Virus record (IMG/VR): IMGVR_UViG_3300042888_002988
Location: 136,159-200,158 of that record
Source of the DNA: a virus
Lineage: Duplodnaviria; Caudoviricetes
Reading direction: 5' to 3' (one strand)
DNA: 64,000 nt
Shown: piece by piece, positions 62,899 through 64,000 of the stretch
Position numbering within the stretch: the first letter of the stretch is position 1
Layout: each line of letters opens with the position of its first letter
Translations under genes and position numbers: made by a program
The notes under the pieces: model-generated
Told to the model about the DNA's origin: nothing
The model's input: only the letters and a program-made list of their open reading frames with translations
The model's database searches: none

Positions 62899-64000
62899 AT
62901 GGCCATCCTTGCCCCATCATTTCTCAACGGTTCCAAGAAGTTTGGGGATCCGTTCTTGCTGCCTTCGACGGATTCGTTTCCGACGGACATCAAGTCAACG
63001 CTGGACCTGTGCCTGTATCTCTACCGGATCAACCGACTCTACGGGGCGGTCTGCAACCGGGTGGTGTCCTACTTCATCACGAGCGTGGAGTTCGTGGACA
63101 AGGGCGATAAGGACACGCAGAAGAAGCTGGAACGCTTGCTGACCGAGACTCTGCACATCTTCTCGAAGATGCAGCGGGCCGGGATGGAGTGGGCCATCTA
63201 CGGCAATGCCTTCGTGCGCTGCGTGGAACCGTTCGACCGCTGGCTGATGGATGACCGCGACGGTCGCGTGCGAGCCATTTCGCTCGACGTGTTCCCTGAG
63301 CACCTAGTCAAATACCACTGGCAGGAGATGAAATACGAGGTGCCTGACCTCGCCGCGGCTTCCAAGCTGCCGAAGGATCAGCGCAAGGTGGCTAACCTGC
63401 CAACGGTGAAGCTGGACTTCAAGGACAAGCCTTCCAGCGCGCCTGACCGATTCTCCATCATCTTCCTCGACCCGCGCTACCTGGAGCTGGACACGCCGCA
63501 CCATGCGGACACGACGGAATACATCTACCGCATCCCGCCGGACATGGACGCGCGGATCAAGCACAACAAGCTCCACGAGATCAATCACACCCCGCGCGGG
63601 CTGCTGGAAGCAGTTGCGAAATCCAAGGATTTCCGTTTCCGCAAGGGGGAAGTCTACCACCTCAAGTCGCCGACACCGTGCGGAGTTTCTGACTCCGGGT
63701 GGGCGGTACCTGAGATCATCATGCACTACGATGCGCTCTACCAGCTGCAGATCTACCGCAAGGCGGACTTCGCAGTGGCGCAGGATTTCTTGCTGCCGTT
63801 CCGGGTGTTCAGCCCGAACTTCGCCAACGCCGTGGGCGACTCGGTCATGACGACCATGATGTCGCGCTGGCGCGGTGAGATGCAGAACATGATCGCCCAG
63901 CGCCGTAAGGATGCGACATCGATCCACGCCCTGCCGTTCCCGGTCAACCTGCAGGAGTTCTCCGGCAACGGGAAAGCCATGGTGATGTACGAGGTGGTTG
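62899..64000 (+). CDS. Portal protein (3' end lies outside the window; absent from the ORF track)
   Basis: Frame is open from ATG 62899 to the window end: KFGDPF, VCNRVVSYFIT, IYGNAF and YHLKSPTPCGVSDSGWAVP. Confidence 0.72.
   Translation, partial: MAILAPSFLNGSKKFGDPFLLPSTDSFPTDIKSTLDLCLYLYRINRLYGAVCNRVVSYFITSVEFVDKGDKDTQKKLERLLTETLHIFSKMQRAGMEWAIYGNAFVRCVEPFDRWLMDDRDGRVRAISLDVFPEHLVKYHWQEMKYEVPDLAAASKLPKDQRKVANLPTVKLDFKDKPSSAPDRFSIIFLDPRYLELDTPHHADTTEYIYRIPPDMDARIKHNKLHEINHTPRGLLEAVAKSKDFRFRKGEVYHLKSPTPCGVSDSGWAVPEIIMHYDALYQLQIYRKADFAVAQDFLLPFRVFSPNFANAVGDSVMTTMMSRWRGEMQNMIAQRRKDATSIHALPFPVNLQEFSGNGKAMVMYEVV

Noticed and set aside
1-64000. Alternative genetic code (stop-codon reassignment)
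   Set aside because: Core genes are full length and tightly coupled under the standard code, and no suppressor tRNA was seen.

Overview
The window is a 64 kb segment of a large, GC-rich tailed dsDNA phage with a contractile-tail (myovirus-type) baseplate. The host may be Verrucomicrobiota, which is an inference. From left to right it holds: a glycan-modification cluster (GT25, GT2/GT12-like, sulfotransferase, pyruvyltransferase-methyltransferase fusion); a sigma-70-like factor; baseplate and tail-fibre genes; a 2.1 kb unit between two matching promoter-like motifs that carries a tmRNA, tRNA(CAT), tRNA-like elements and a run of unassigned RNA hairpins; a terminase large subunit broken into two genes by an atypically split intein, with an antisense gene between the halves; a replication/recombination block (RNase H, SbcD/SbcC, HNH, GroES, stand-alone RAMP-like protein, SF2 helicase, RecU, DnaB, origin-like palindrome, primase, Gp88-like, MazG-like, Pif1, PAPS-reductase-like, UDG-PolA fusion, Walker-A-degenerate RecA, RecQ); two fragments of an RNA polymerase beta subunit; and the start of the portal gene. 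The strongest leads are the split-intein terminase, the structured ncRNA cluster, the solo RAMP protein, and an 81-nt in-frame copy of a baseplate-gene segment inside the DNA polymerase. All protein calls come from motif reading by eye, and no database search was run.
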